The position numbers and the translations under genes are program-made. 64,000 bases of DNA from contig JAAVEW010000020.1 of NCBI GenBank assembly GCA_014801075.1, forward strand, positions 94,037-158,036. Reading direction: 5' to 3'. The stretch is from Barnesiella sp. Lineage in GTDB: Bacteria; Bacteroidota; Bacteroidia; Bacteroidales; Muribaculaceae. The notes under the pieces were generated by a model. The model searched no databases and was not told the DNA's origin. It saw only the letters and a program-made list of their open reading frames with translations. The number at the start of each line of letters is the position of its first letter. The stretch's first letter is position 1. This document shows positions 30,209-39,100 of this stretch, piece after piece.

Positions 30209-33200
30209 AATCATCCAATCTTAAATATAGCCGTTTTGAGGTGCAGCGCGTGCGTGACCTCGATATTAGACAATTCATTCCCGGGTGTAATCCAAGCAAA
30301 GCATCCCAGAATGTAGAATGCCCTTTCTGTGGGAAGATGAAATTCAGCGTTACCCATAAGAAAGGTTACAACTGTGCCAAGTGTTGGGCTTGCAATGAAG
30401 GCTTCAGTGGCCCTATCGAGGCTGTGGCTTACTATTCCAAGATTAATCTCGATTCCGATTGGCTGCATGCTCTTGAAGAAACTGCACGACAAGGCGGAAT
30501 AGTCCTGGTTCCCGAGGAACAACGTCGTAATGACCTGTTAGCAGCCGAGGTCAAGACCAATCAATCGTCCTTTATTCGGAAACAACTCGATGGGTCGGGA
30601 CTATGCGAGGCGGACATAATGGCTAATATCATCGAGGGGGGACAGGAATTGATGCGTTCTCCCTTCCGCAAGGGTCGAGTTAACGAATCGTTCGTCCCGG
30701 ATGAAACAGGCGATGAAATGCTGATATATTACTACGATCTCAACGGGCGCCCTATGATGTATACGCCCAGAGGGTCGTCTAAACCTCGTCAATACTTACG
30801 CGTTCGCTGGTCTAATCCGGCATTGCATCTCAGCCGAGATGGTAAAGAAATGAAATATCAGACTCCTGCCGGAGCTCCATGCCGCGTATATATCCCGGAG
30901 AAAATACGCCGTCTCTATAAAAGTAAAACTCACATCGATACTCTATTCCTTCAAGAAGGTGAGAAAAAAGCGGAGAAAGCATGTAAACACGGCATGCTTT
31001 CAATCGGAATACAGGGGATTAACAACTTTGGCTCTCAGCAGGAGGGTCTTTTGCAAGACATCCAGGATATTGCCAAAGTTTGCTCTATTGCAAATATAGT
31101 GCTTGTTATGGACTCGGACTGGAACGATTTGCATCGGGAAATAATCGTCGGCGACAGCGCTGATAAACGGCCTAATTCTTTCTCAAAGGCTGTCATCAAG
31201 TATCGGCAATACATGAAGACTTTCAACACCATTGGCCTCTCCGTAAATATCTGGTGGGGCCATGTGAACGAGAACGAGCATGGCGACAAAGGTGTCGATG
31301 ACCTCCTTTGCGGTTCTCTGCTTGGGCGTGAGTCTGAACTTGTCGAGGACATTGAGCGAACGATGAACTCTCACGACGGGCGTGGAACGTGGCTCAATAT
31401 CCACAAAATCACTGAGGAATCAGATACAAAAATTCGTGATTTTTGGTCATTGAATGATGTTCAAGCATTCTATGAAGTCCACAAAGAACGCTTGACCGGA
31501 GTCGATACCTTCAAAATAGGCAATATCCGCTATAGGGTTGAGAACGGAAAACTCATTCCGATGAGCCGATACTCTTCGTCTACGGATATTTACACTGTCA
31601 CTCAGACCTCGAAAGGTGAGGACAAGGTTGAGTTTAACGACCATGAAGCTTTCCGCTTTCTTACAGCCAATGGCTTTCGTCGTCTGCGAAACAGTGACGA
31701 GGCGGCCACCGGATACGAGCTTATTCGCATTGATGACGGTATCATCGACCGTGTGGCGTCTTATGAAGTGCGCGATTTTATACGCGACTATATCAACAAG
31801 AACTGCAAGTCCGATCTTGTCCTGCTGTTCTTTTCAAAGCGACTGTCTACCTTGATGGCGGATAAGCAGCTCGAAAATCTCGACATTATAACTGATGATT
31901 TCAATAATTTTTCATCGGGCGTGCAAAGGACTTATTACAATAACGGTCAGGTAGAGATTACCGCAAATACAATCACACCAAACAAGCCTATCAATCAGGT
32001 GTGGCGAAATCGAATTGTGCCGCGTCGTTTTCGTCGTGTCCCTATCATAAAGGATATTCAAAAGATTGGTGACAATTTTTACATAGAGTACACTCAGGAA
32101 GCTGCTAAATGTGAGTTCCTATCGTTTATCGTCAACACTTCAAACAACTTTTACTCACACTATGCTCCGCGCGACCTTTTAGAATCAGAAGCATTCGAAT
32201 GGATTCATCACATAGTTAATAAAATCACGACAATCGGCTACTTACTGTGTGATTATAAATATGCTGCCGAACGTAAAGCTGTCGTCATTCAGGACCACCT
32301 CATGTCGGAGGTGGGCCAGAGCCACGGAGGAGCCGGTAAGTCGATTGTCGGAAATGCAATCGGGCATGTCGTTTCGCAGTTCTTCATTGATGGTAAGCAG
32401 ATGAAGCGAGATGATGAGTTCCTCCTGTCCGGTGTCACCAAGGTAACACGTAATATATTCATCGATGACGTTAAAACGAACTTTGCCTTTGAGAACCTTT
32501 TCGCTATGGTTACAGGGCCAATGTATGTCAACCCAAAAGGCAAAGACCGTTATTGCATCCCTCTTGAGGACTCCCCGAAAATACTGATTACAACCAATCA
32601 TGCTATTAATAAAGCTAATGAAGCCGCGACGAAACGTCGAATCATATACATGGAGTTTTCAACCTGGTATAATCCAGGCCATACTCTCGTCGACGATTTT
32701 CACCACATGTTCTTCGACGATTGGGACGAGGAGCAATGGAATCTCTTTGATAATTTCATGGCAGAATGTGTGATGTATTATTTTCGCTCATTTGAGAACT
32801 GCTGGGAGAGAGAGGGCGTCGGGGCTGTGGCTCCTCCCATGAAGAATATCGAGCTGCGTACTCTCCGACAGGAAATGTCCGAAGTGCTTTATCAATGGGC
32901 CGAGGAATACTTCGACCCATCAGGAACCCATCTCAACGAGCGAATTAAACGTGCTGACCTCGTGGCCGCGTTCTTCGATTATGCCGGTGGCCCTGCCGGG
33001 CACGGCGTTACTCGAACCAATTTCAAGCTCAAAATCCAAGCATATTGCAAGTTTAAAGGCTACGATTTTAATATCGATCGCCCTAATAGAGACAAAGCTT
33101 ATTACTCCGATTGGAAACCGTTGCATCCGGATGAATCATTTCTCGGCTCTGACGATAAATCCGGCGGCGCAGAATATTTCAAAGTTTACTCGCCGGCTAA

Positions 33201-33225
33201 AGAAAAAGAAGGTAAACCATTTTAA
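30205..33225 (+). CDS. Phage primase-helicase (Zn finger, TOPRIM-like, SF3-like helicase)
   Basis: CPFC...CWAC; LQEGEKKAEKA and MDSDWND; Walker A GGAGKS; Walker B IFIDD. Confidence 0.8.
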   Translation: MKSSNLKYSRFEVQRVRDLDIRQFIPGCNPSKASQNVECPFCGKMKFSVTHKKGYNCAKCWACNEGFSGPIEAVAYYSKINLDSDWLHALEETARQGGIVLVPEEQRRNDLLAAEVKTNQSSFIRKQLDGSGLCEADIMANIIEGGQELMRSPFRKGRVNESFVPDETGDEMLIYYYDLNGRPMMYTPRGSSKPRQYLRVRWSNPALHLSRDGKEMKYQTPAGAPCRVYIPEKIRRLYKSKTHIDTLFLQEGEKKAEKACKHGMLSIGIQGINNFGSQQEGLLQDIQDIAKVCSIANIVLVMDSDWNDLHREIIVGDSADKRPNSFSKAVIKYRQYMKTFNTIGLSVNIWWGHVNENEHGDKGVDDLLCGSLLGRESELVEDIERTMNSHDGRGTWLNIHKITEESDTKIRDFWSLNDVQAFYEVHKERLTGVDTFKIGNIRYRVENGKLIPMSRYSSSTDIYTVTQTSKGEDKVEFNDHEAFRFLTANGFRRLRNSDEAATGYELIRIDDGIIDRVASYEVRDFIRDYINKNCKSDLVLLFFSKRLSTLMADKQLENLDIITDDFNNFSSGVQRTYYNNGQVEITANTITPNKPINQVWRNRIVPRRFRRVPIIKDIQKIGDNFYIEYTQEAAKCEFLSFIVNTSNNFYSHYAPRDLLESEAFEWIHHIVNKITTIGYLLCDYKYAAERKAVVIQDHLMSEVGQSHGGAGKSIVGNAIGHVVSQFFIDGKQMKRDDEFLLSGVTKVTRNIFIDDVKTNFAFENLFAMVTGPMYVNPKGKDRYCIPLEDSPKILITTNHAINKANEAATKRRIIYMEFSTWYNPGHTLVDDFHHMFFDDWDEEQWNLFDNFMAECVMYYFRSFENCWEREGVGAVAPPMKNIELRTLRQEMSEVLYQWAEEYFDPSGTHLNERIKRADLVAAFFDYAGGPAGHGVTRTNFKLKIQAYCKFKGYDFNIDRPNRDKAYYSDWKPLHPDESFLGSDDKSGGAEYFKVYSPAKEKEGKPF

Positions 33226-33236
33226 ATTATATCATT

Positions 33237-33539
33237 ATGGACAACAAAGAAATTGCAATTACCGTAGTCAGTAAAATCACCGGTGTTTCAAGGACAAAAA
33301 TTCTGTCGAAAACTCGTGTGTGGCCGGCAGTGGAAGCCCGGCAGTTTATCATTCTGTTACTCTCGCATGACGGCGCAACTGATGAGCTCATCGCCTGGAC
33401 TCTGAATCGAGGACGTGGCGCAGTGCTTAAATCAAGACATAACGCCAACGATGCTATCAGGTTATCGAAACTTTTTCGAGACAAGTACAATAAAATCAAA
33501 GAAGCCTATGAGCTGCAAAAATCGCTACGAGCATCTTAA
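33237..33539 (+). CDS. DnaA C-terminal (domain IV)-like HTH protein
   Basis: VSKITGVSRTKILSKTR...EARQFIILLL...IAWTLNRGRGAVL follows the DnaA domain IV pattern. Confidence 0.6.
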   Translation: MDNKEIAITVVSKITGVSRTKILSKTRVWPAVEARQFIILLLSHDGATDELIAWTLNRGRGAVLKSRHNANDAIRLSKLFRDKYNKIKEAYELQKSLRAS

Positions 33540-33858
33540 AATTGACTGCCTCGAAGATGTCACCTCGGTTCCTCCTCAGTCTACGTGGTACGTGACTCAC
33601 GGTCGAAAAGAGACAATCGCTATCTACACAACACAGCTTGATGACGGCTTGTGGGTTTATGGATATCAAGTCTATTGGGCCTCCGGTAAAGTTTCCGAGC
33701 AACGCCCCACTGCTGCTCCGGGTAAATTCCGCTCACAGCGCGAGGCTTCGTTATACGCCATCGGCTTCATGCTCCTGTATCTTGACTATTTCCTGGCCGA
33801 AACTCGTGAGGATATCATGAGCGCAGAGGCAACCTTAATGCAACCCGAATTATTTTAA
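33508..33858 (+). CDS. Hypothetical phage protein
   Basis: Start set at MSCKNRYE; co-directional with the early operon. Confidence 0.6.
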   Translation: MSCKNRYEHLKIDCLEDVTSVPPQSTWYVTHGRKETIAIYTTQLDDGLWVYGYQVYWASGKVSEQRPTAAPGKFRSQREASLYAIGFMLLYLDYFLAETREDIMSAEATLMQPELF

Positions 33859-33869
33859 ATCATATCAAA

Positions 33870-34229
33870 ATGTATCGCAAACTATCTATTCTTTTTATCC
33901 TTGCTCTTACAAGCTGCACGGCCTATGAAGAGCGCGAAGAAGTGGCTGAACAGGTTTCGCCTGCAGCCGCGCGTGAAACAATCCCGACAGGGTTTACTGT
34001 CGTCGAGCAATCTCCTGCCGGATATTTTATCAGAATCTCCTCGCCCGAACGAGTTACCTCGGGCGCTATCCACTCACTCTGCCGGGCCTTTGACGGTCGC
34101 TTTGACCGTATCGATCTTTGCCTTGATGACGCCCATGAGCGCGGAGATGAATACGCTTCGATTATCGGTAACAAGGTATTCGACTATGACAATGATACAA
34201 TCTACTCACTTAATTCTACTTCAAAATGA
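33870..34229 (+). CDS. Hypothetical phage lipoprotein
   Basis: Lipobox LTSC. Confidence 0.6.
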   Translation: MYRKLSILFILALTSCTAYEEREEVAEQVSPAAARETIPTGFTVVEQSPAGYFIRISSPERVTSGAIHSLCRAFDGRFDRIDLCLDDAHERGDEYASIIGNKVFDYDNDTIYSLNSTSK

Positions 34230-35065
34230 ACGAAAATAAAACTTTGGCTGCCCGATTCTTTTTCCGGAACTGTACTGTATCGATATATCAACCCGGCGAA
34301 ATGCAAATATCGTATAATCTGAAGCCCGACATCGGAGACGTAGTCTTCGACCGCGATTTCTCCCCGGCAAGCTCTTCTTCGGAATTCATTGGTGGGCAAT
34401 CTGATTTTTATCGTTTCCTTGATGGAACAAGCACCACAAGTCTTTCTCTCGTTAAGAAGCTTCTGACAATAGGATACTTGCTTTGTAATAAATTGCCAAA
34501 GCACATGCCTATGCGCTTTCGTTCTTTTATCTGTGTAAATGAGGATAAAACGGCTATCTGTAACGGCAAATCTCTTTTTTGTAATGCTATTGCTCATTAC
34601 TGTAATACAGTTCAAATTGAAGGACGTGCTTTCCGCTCTCATTTGGGGCTGTCAAATGTAACAAATCAGACTCAACTTCTTATTGTTGAAGGCGTCAGTA
34701 ACAGGTTTGATATTCAACAAATATACCCTCTTTGCTCTGATGATTGGATAATAAATCGCAAGGGCTTAAAACCACTGATTATTCCCTTCAAAAGTAGTCC
34801 TCACATGCTGTTAGTCTCAAATATCGCTATTGCTAATCTCCGCAGCGATGGTGGCTTTCGTCGACGTTTCAGAACCTTGGAATTCTCCTCATTTTTCAGT
34901 GAATCCAACACAGTAGGAGATTTCCTCGGTCACAATATGTTCACTGATTGGAATATTTCACAATGGCATGCGTTCGACAATCTCATGTTCCACTGTGTTC
35001 TCGAATACCTACGAAACTACTCCAAGGGAGAGGACATTTTCAGTCTATACTCATATAAGGATTAA
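34226..35065 (+). CDS. Stand-alone paralog of the primase C-terminal helicase domain
   Basis: Aligns with the 30205-33225 C-terminus (TIGYLLC; GKS; IP..SP; EFS; F.DW...QW..FDN.M..CV..Y.R). Confidence 0.7.
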   Translation: MNENKTLAARFFFRNCTVSIYQPGEMQISYNLKPDIGDVVFDRDFSPASSSSEFIGGQSDFYRFLDGTSTTSLSLVKKLLTIGYLLCNKLPKHMPMRFRSFICVNEDKTAICNGKSLFCNAIAHYCNTVQIEGRAFRSHLGLSNVTNQTQLLIVEGVSNRFDIQQIYPLCSDDWIINRKGLKPLIIPFKSSPHMLLVSNIAIANLRSDGGFRRRFRTLEFSSFFSESNTVGDFLGHNMFTDWNISQWHAFDNLMFHCVLEYLRNYSKGEDIFSLYSYKD

Positions 35066-35099
35066 TCAAAAAACTTAATTAACCATAATAATAATCATT

Positions 35100-35573
35100 A
35101 TGAATTTTAAATTTTTCGGTGGCAGCAAGCCACGTTTAGATGACCGCCTTTATTCCGGTAACAGTCGTAACAACAATGTAGAAGATGTTGACTTTGAAGA
35201 AGTCAAGCCGGAGCCCGAGATGCCTTCTATTGACAAAGCGTTCCGAACGGAACAAATTATAGCTGAGGCATACATTCGTTACCGGGTTCTAATGCCTAAT
35301 GACCCTAAAGGAACACTTCTGATGTCGAGGTTATTTGCCGGGGGCGCGGAGTGGGCCGATGAGCATCCCGTAACAGAATTCGACTCAAAGTCGGCCCGTC
35401 TATTGGCTGCGAAAGATGAAGTATATCTCATTCTAACTCAAGCCATACCAAGAGACACTCCCCCTCCATTTGCACTACTCCTTTATGCACTATTTTTTGA
35501 CGGTATATATTGGGCTGATGAACACCCGGCACCAACGCAGTCCTCCGATTCAAATTCTAAAACTGACAGATGA
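35100..35573 (+). CDS. Hypothetical phage protein with an internal WADEHP repeat
   Basis: 157 aa; GAEWADEHP and GIYWADEHP. Confidence 0.6.
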   Translation: MNFKFFGGSKPRLDDRLYSGNSRNNNVEDVDFEEVKPEPEMPSIDKAFRTEQIIAEAYIRYRVLMPNDPKGTLLMSRLFAGGAEWADEHPVTEFDSKSARLLAAKDEVYLILTQAIPRDTPPPFALLLYALFFDGIYWADEHPAPTQSSDSNSKTDR

Positions 35574-35574
35574 T

Positions 35575-35889
35575 ATGGAAGATAAAAACTTACGTGTTTG
35601 CACAACCTGCAATCGCGCGCTGCCACTGACAGCCTTCTGCAAAACCAGGATGGGAAGGCTTGCAACGGTTTGTAATGCATGTCGAGCTTCAAAGTCAGCT
35701 CAAACTCGAAACAAGCGCCGTGCCGCTATTGAGGGAATGACGTTCCCCGAATTTGACGGCAAGTCGCCGCAAGAAGTGATAACCATGATGGCACGGGCCA
35801 AAGCATGGCTATCTAAACAAGGCTTCGATGTTAAGCTTTCAGGCGAGTTTCGAGAAGTAAAAGTCAGACCAATTAAGTTTGAGCTGTGA
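35575..35889 (+). CDS. Hypothetical Cys4 zinc-finger protein
   Basis: CTTC...CNAC; start set at MEDKNL. Confidence 0.6.
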   Translation: MEDKNLRVCTTCNRALPLTAFCKTRMGRLATVCNACRASKSAQTRNKRRAAIEGMTFPEFDGKSPQEVITMMARAKAWLSKQGFDVKLSGEFREVKVRPIKFEL

Positions 35890-36073
35890 CGCCGGCATAG
35901 TCAGCGACATGTTAAACGAAATCCCAACTGCAAAGAAAGCTGATGCATTCATCGTTATGCTGCATCATACTATGTTCGCTGAGGGCGCCCAATGGGCCAT
36001 CGAAACACCTGCCCAACCATCTAAGAAATCGAGCGCACGCCCTTTGTGGTGTGCGCTCATACTCCAATCCTAA
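35879..36073 (+). CDS. Small hypothetical phage protein
   Basis: FAEGAQWA motif similar to 35100-35573. Start uncertain. Confidence 0.35.
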   Translation: MSCDAGIVSDMLNEIPTAKKADAFIVMLHHTMFAEGAQWAIETPAQPSKKSSARPLWCALILQS

Positions 36074-36090
36074 ACAATAACACCTTCCCT

Positions 36091-36321
36091 ATGAGTAAAA
36101 GTAAATCACCCATTTTCGTCGCCGTGTTCCTCGTGGCATGGCTTCTTTCAACAGCAGCCTTCATCGTGCTCAAATGCCTCGGAGTTCTCTCCTGGTCTTG
36201 GTGGTGGCTGCTCGTGCCAATCCTTGGCATACCTGTCCTCGCTATCCTTGCAGTCGGCACAGTGGCCTTCTGCGTCATATTCCTCACAATGGTCTCAAAA
36301 GTACGTCACACAATTCCATGA
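36091..36321 (+). CDS. Small 2-TM membrane protein
   Basis: Hydrophobic, WSWWWLLVPI; start set at MSKSKS. Confidence 0.6.
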   Translation: MSKSKSPIFVAVFLVAWLLSTAAFIVLKCLGVLSWSWWWLLVPILGIPVLAILAVGTVAFCVIFLTMVSKVRHTIP

Positions 36322-36722
36322 CTCGGCGTTTCTCCAAATCATTACTTGCACGGCGCTACTGTCAGATTGCACTTTCTATTAACGCAAACAGTCGGAATGA
36401 CATACAACAAGCCTTTGCAGTGATAGTTGATGAATTCCGCTTAATGGCCGTTAGCGTAGCTGAGGCTGAGGCTGTTCTGAAACGTATCGGTTCGCCACCT
36501 TGTATGCCGCCTACCATCCTTCCCAACTCTAAATTTCCAATTCACAATCTCCAACTTAACTATTATCAATGTTTGCAGGAGTTTGAAACCGTAAGGCGTC
36601 CTACTTGTGACGCTTGCTGTCATTATCAGTCCCACCCACCCCGATGTCAGCTTTCAAAACGAGCCATCTCCCCTAATCAATTCTCTTGTAAGAAATATTC
36701 CTCAAAATTCAATCGACGATAA
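36318..36722 (+). CDS. Hypothetical protein with C-terminal Cys cluster
   Basis: ATGA overlap with the previous gene; CDACCHY...C...C. Confidence 0.5.
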   Translation: MTRRFSKSLLARRYCQIALSINANSRNDIQQAFAVIVDEFRLMAVSVAEAEAVLKRIGSPPCMPPTILPNSKFPIHNLQLNYYQCLQEFETVRRPTCDACCHYQSHPPRCQLSKRAISPNQFSCKKYSSKFNRR

Positions 36723-36964
36723 TGACTAACCATATCCCAATAAAGTGGTATAAACCATCTGAACGCCTTCCTGAAAATGGTCAGGTCGTTATTATACGCG
36801 AATATTATAGAAGCGCAAAGACGGGAAAATTCCGCACCGATTATGCGGTTTTCTATTATTTCGAGGACTATGGCTTTAAGATTGAGGAACGCATACATCG
36901 TCAATTAGAGTTAAAAGTTACTCACTGGCTACCTATCCCCCCACTTAATTATGAAGAAGTTTAA
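36722..36964 (+). CDS. DUF551-like phage protein
   Basis: WYKPSERLPE...VTHWLPIP. Confidence 0.7.
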   Translation: MTNHIPIKWYKPSERLPENGQVVIIREYYRSAKTGKFRTDYAVFYYFEDYGFKIEERIHRQLELKVTHWLPIPPLNYEEV

Positions 36965-37115
36965 CCACCTTGTCCGCGAATGGGAGCGCTCATGCTGTCG
37001 TGAAGTGCCTGATTCGTATTGTACCGAATCAGTTCGTCTCCGGCTTGAATTTCTCCGTTTAAGGCGAGAAATTCTCCGTCAGATATTCCGAAAATACTAC
37101 TATTTACTAAATTAA
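36951..37115 (+). CDS. Small hypothetical protein, 54 aa (MKKFNHLVREW...)
   Basis: Overlapping start fills the gap in the operon; below the ORF-track cutoff. Confidence 0.4.
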   Translation: MKKFNHLVREWERSCCREVPDSYCTESVRLRLEFLRLRREILRQIFRKYYYLLN

Positions 37116-37128
37116 AACATATCCTAAA

Positions 37129-37581
37129 ATGATTAGTATTGGATTTATTATGGGGTGCACTGGCGCACTCCTTATTGGCCTTGTCTTAGGCGATTCACTT
37201 GGCGAGCGCCGTGGCCGTCGAATCGGCGAAGCCTCAGGCTTTGAACGAGGGCTTCGAGCGAAAAATCGACAAAACGAGGCATTCCTTTTTGAGTATCGTT
37301 CAAAGTTTAAACGATACCAGTGTTCAAGAAAGCTGCTCGTCCGGCGGTCTTGGGACGTTGAGACCCTTGAACTCGCTGCTACTACCCATGTCGAGATGAT
37401 GGGTAACTCATTACTTGACTTACTTCTTGAGAATAAGGTTTTGAAACCTTATATAGTTTCAAAAGAACCGCATCAAGAGGGCGAAATCTGGACTGTGGGG
37501 TTGTCGATATATTGTGCCGTTGACCCTGTTGGCATAGAGTTTGACAGCCTCCCGTATATCCGAAAAGGGTGCCCAAAATAA
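37129..37581 (+). CDS. Hypothetical protein with N-terminal TM
   Basis: 150 aa; last gene of the early operon. Confidence 0.6.
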   Translation: MISIGFIMGCTGALLIGLVLGDSLGERRGRRIGEASGFERGLRAKNRQNEAFLFEYRSKFKRYQCSRKLLVRRSWDVETLELAATTHVEMMGNSLLDLLLENKVLKPYIVSKEPHQEGEIWTVGLSIYCAVDPVGIEFDSLPYIRKGCPK

Positions 37582-37618
37582 AAAAATATAACATTTTCGT
37601 TATTTTTACGCCCAAAAA

Positions 37619-37650
37619 TTTGGTAGTATAACGAAAATGTTATACCTTTG
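37619..37650 (+). promoter_or_regulatory. hicAB promoter with overlapping palindromic operator
   Basis: TTTG (37619-37622)-N20-TACCTTTG (37643-37650); GTATAAC-N6-GTTATAC at 37626-37645. Confidence 0.7.
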
Positions 37651-37681
37651 TAGTGCTAAATCAAACGAGATATTTGACACA

Positions 37682-37861
37682 ATGAAATGGAAAGAGTTAA
37701 TTAAAATCGCCACCGAAAAGGGCTACAGATTTTACGCCCACGGTAAGAAACACGACATCTACGTCAATGACAACGGCGACCGTCTGATAGTCGAAAGACA
37801 CGGCTCGCAGGAAATCCGAAAAGGCCTGATGAACGCTCTAAAAAAGCAAATCGGCTTCTAA
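37682..37861 (+). CDS. hicA: HicA-family mRNA interferase toxin
   Basis: 59 aa; GYRFYAHGKKHDIY...VERHGSQEIRKGLMNALKKQIG. Confidence 0.85.
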   Translation: MKWKELIKIATEKGYRFYAHGKKHDIYVNDNGDRLIVERHGSQEIRKGLMNALKKQIGF

Positions 37862-37931
37862 TCAAAGAGGGGGGAGGGCGCTCCCCTCCCTCTCTAAAAA
37901 ATAGAGTATTAACCCATAACACCCACTCGAT

Positions 37932-38330
37932 ATGAAAGTAAGCATAGAAAAACAATCTGACGGCTCGTATATAGCCTACAACACCACCGGCGAAAAGGTG
38001 CAGCTCATCGGCACCGGCAACACCGTCAAGGAAGCAAAAGAGGATTTCTTTAATTCACTTGACGAAATCCTTCAGACGTACAATGAAATCGGTGATGATA
38101 TTCCCGAATTCTTGAATGAAGATATAGAATTTCGCTTTGACATCACATCTCTGTTCGAGTATTACTCGATGTTCAACGTCAGCGCACTCGCTCGCTATCT
38201 CGGAATCAATGACAGCCTCATGCGTCAATACCGCTCCGGCGTCGCTCAGATTTCCGACAAGCAGCTCGAAAAGATTGAGGCAGGTATCCACCGCCTCGGC
38301 TCAGAACTTGCCGCTCTTCGTCTTGTTTGA
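37932..38330 (+). CDS. hicB: HicB-family antitoxin with C-terminal HTH
   Basis: GTGNTVKEAKEDF; NVSALARYLGINDSLMRQYRSG. Confidence 0.85.
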   Translation: MKVSIEKQSDGSYIAYNTTGEKVQLIGTGNTVKEAKEDFFNSLDEILQTYNEIGDDIPEFLNEDIEFRFDITSLFEYYSMFNVSALARYLGINDSLMRQYRSGVAQISDKQLEKIEAGIHRLGSELAALRLV

Positions 38331-38447
38331 TTTAGCACTCCATTTCATTTCAAGAGTGGCCACACCCTCGCCCATCACGGCGGGGGTGTTTTGCATTGTT
38401 GCCTTTTTATCGTATATTTGTCGGCAGTTTAACCAAATACTACAACA

Positions 38448-39083
38448 ATGCAAAAGTTATTTATCCCCATTCTCATGTTAGCATTCTGCATGATGATAGC
38501 GTGCTCCCATTCAAGTTCATTCAGCGACATTGAAGAACAGGCCCTATCCGCAGCACAACAATTCGTCCAGTCTGAATATGCTCCTGACGCAGACTTTATA
38601 CAAGACGGAACTGTTATTGAACCAACTTCTGTCGCCGACCGATATAAGATTCTACAGCGTTTTGACAGCGACTCTCACTATGGACATAAATTCGTTTATA
38701 GGATATGGGTACAGAAATTTTCTACAGGTTGGGAATTTGGAAATCTTGCTATTGATCGAGTTGGAGGAGGAAACGTCCTCACAACTGATGGCCGCATGAA
38801 GGATATGGAACGTCAAAATATGACCCGTCAAGAATCATCTTCAGCCGGCGGCGTAGATTTTACTATCATCAAGCGAAACGCTCCAAATTACGTCCGTGTA
38901 TATACTGAGAAACGTCTTAATCGAGACGACGTCCTCGCAGTATATAACCAGTTGAAAACTGACTATGAAATCGTTCAATTCAGCATTTCACCCAATCCTG
39001 AAGACGATGACTACATGGCTATTCAGTACGGCAGTGTCTACGAATATGACAAGGATAAAATCACGAAGTTAGTAGACTATTGA
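38448..39083 (+). CDS. Moron lipoprotein of unknown function
   Basis: Lipobox IAC; own promoter TTTG (38390)-N19-TATATTTG (38413-38420). Confidence 0.7.
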   Translation: MQKLFIPILMLAFCMMIACSHSSSFSDIEEQALSAAQQFVQSEYAPDADFIQDGTVIEPTSVADRYKILQRFDSDSHYGHKFVYRIWVQKFSTGWEFGNLAIDRVGGGNVLTTDGRMKDMERQNMTRQESSSAGGVDFTIIKRNAPNYVRVYTEKRLNRDDVLAVYNQLKTDYEIVQFSISPNPEDDDYMAIQYGSVYEYDKDKITKLVDY

Positions 39084-39100
39084 TTTTTCTTCCACGAAAA

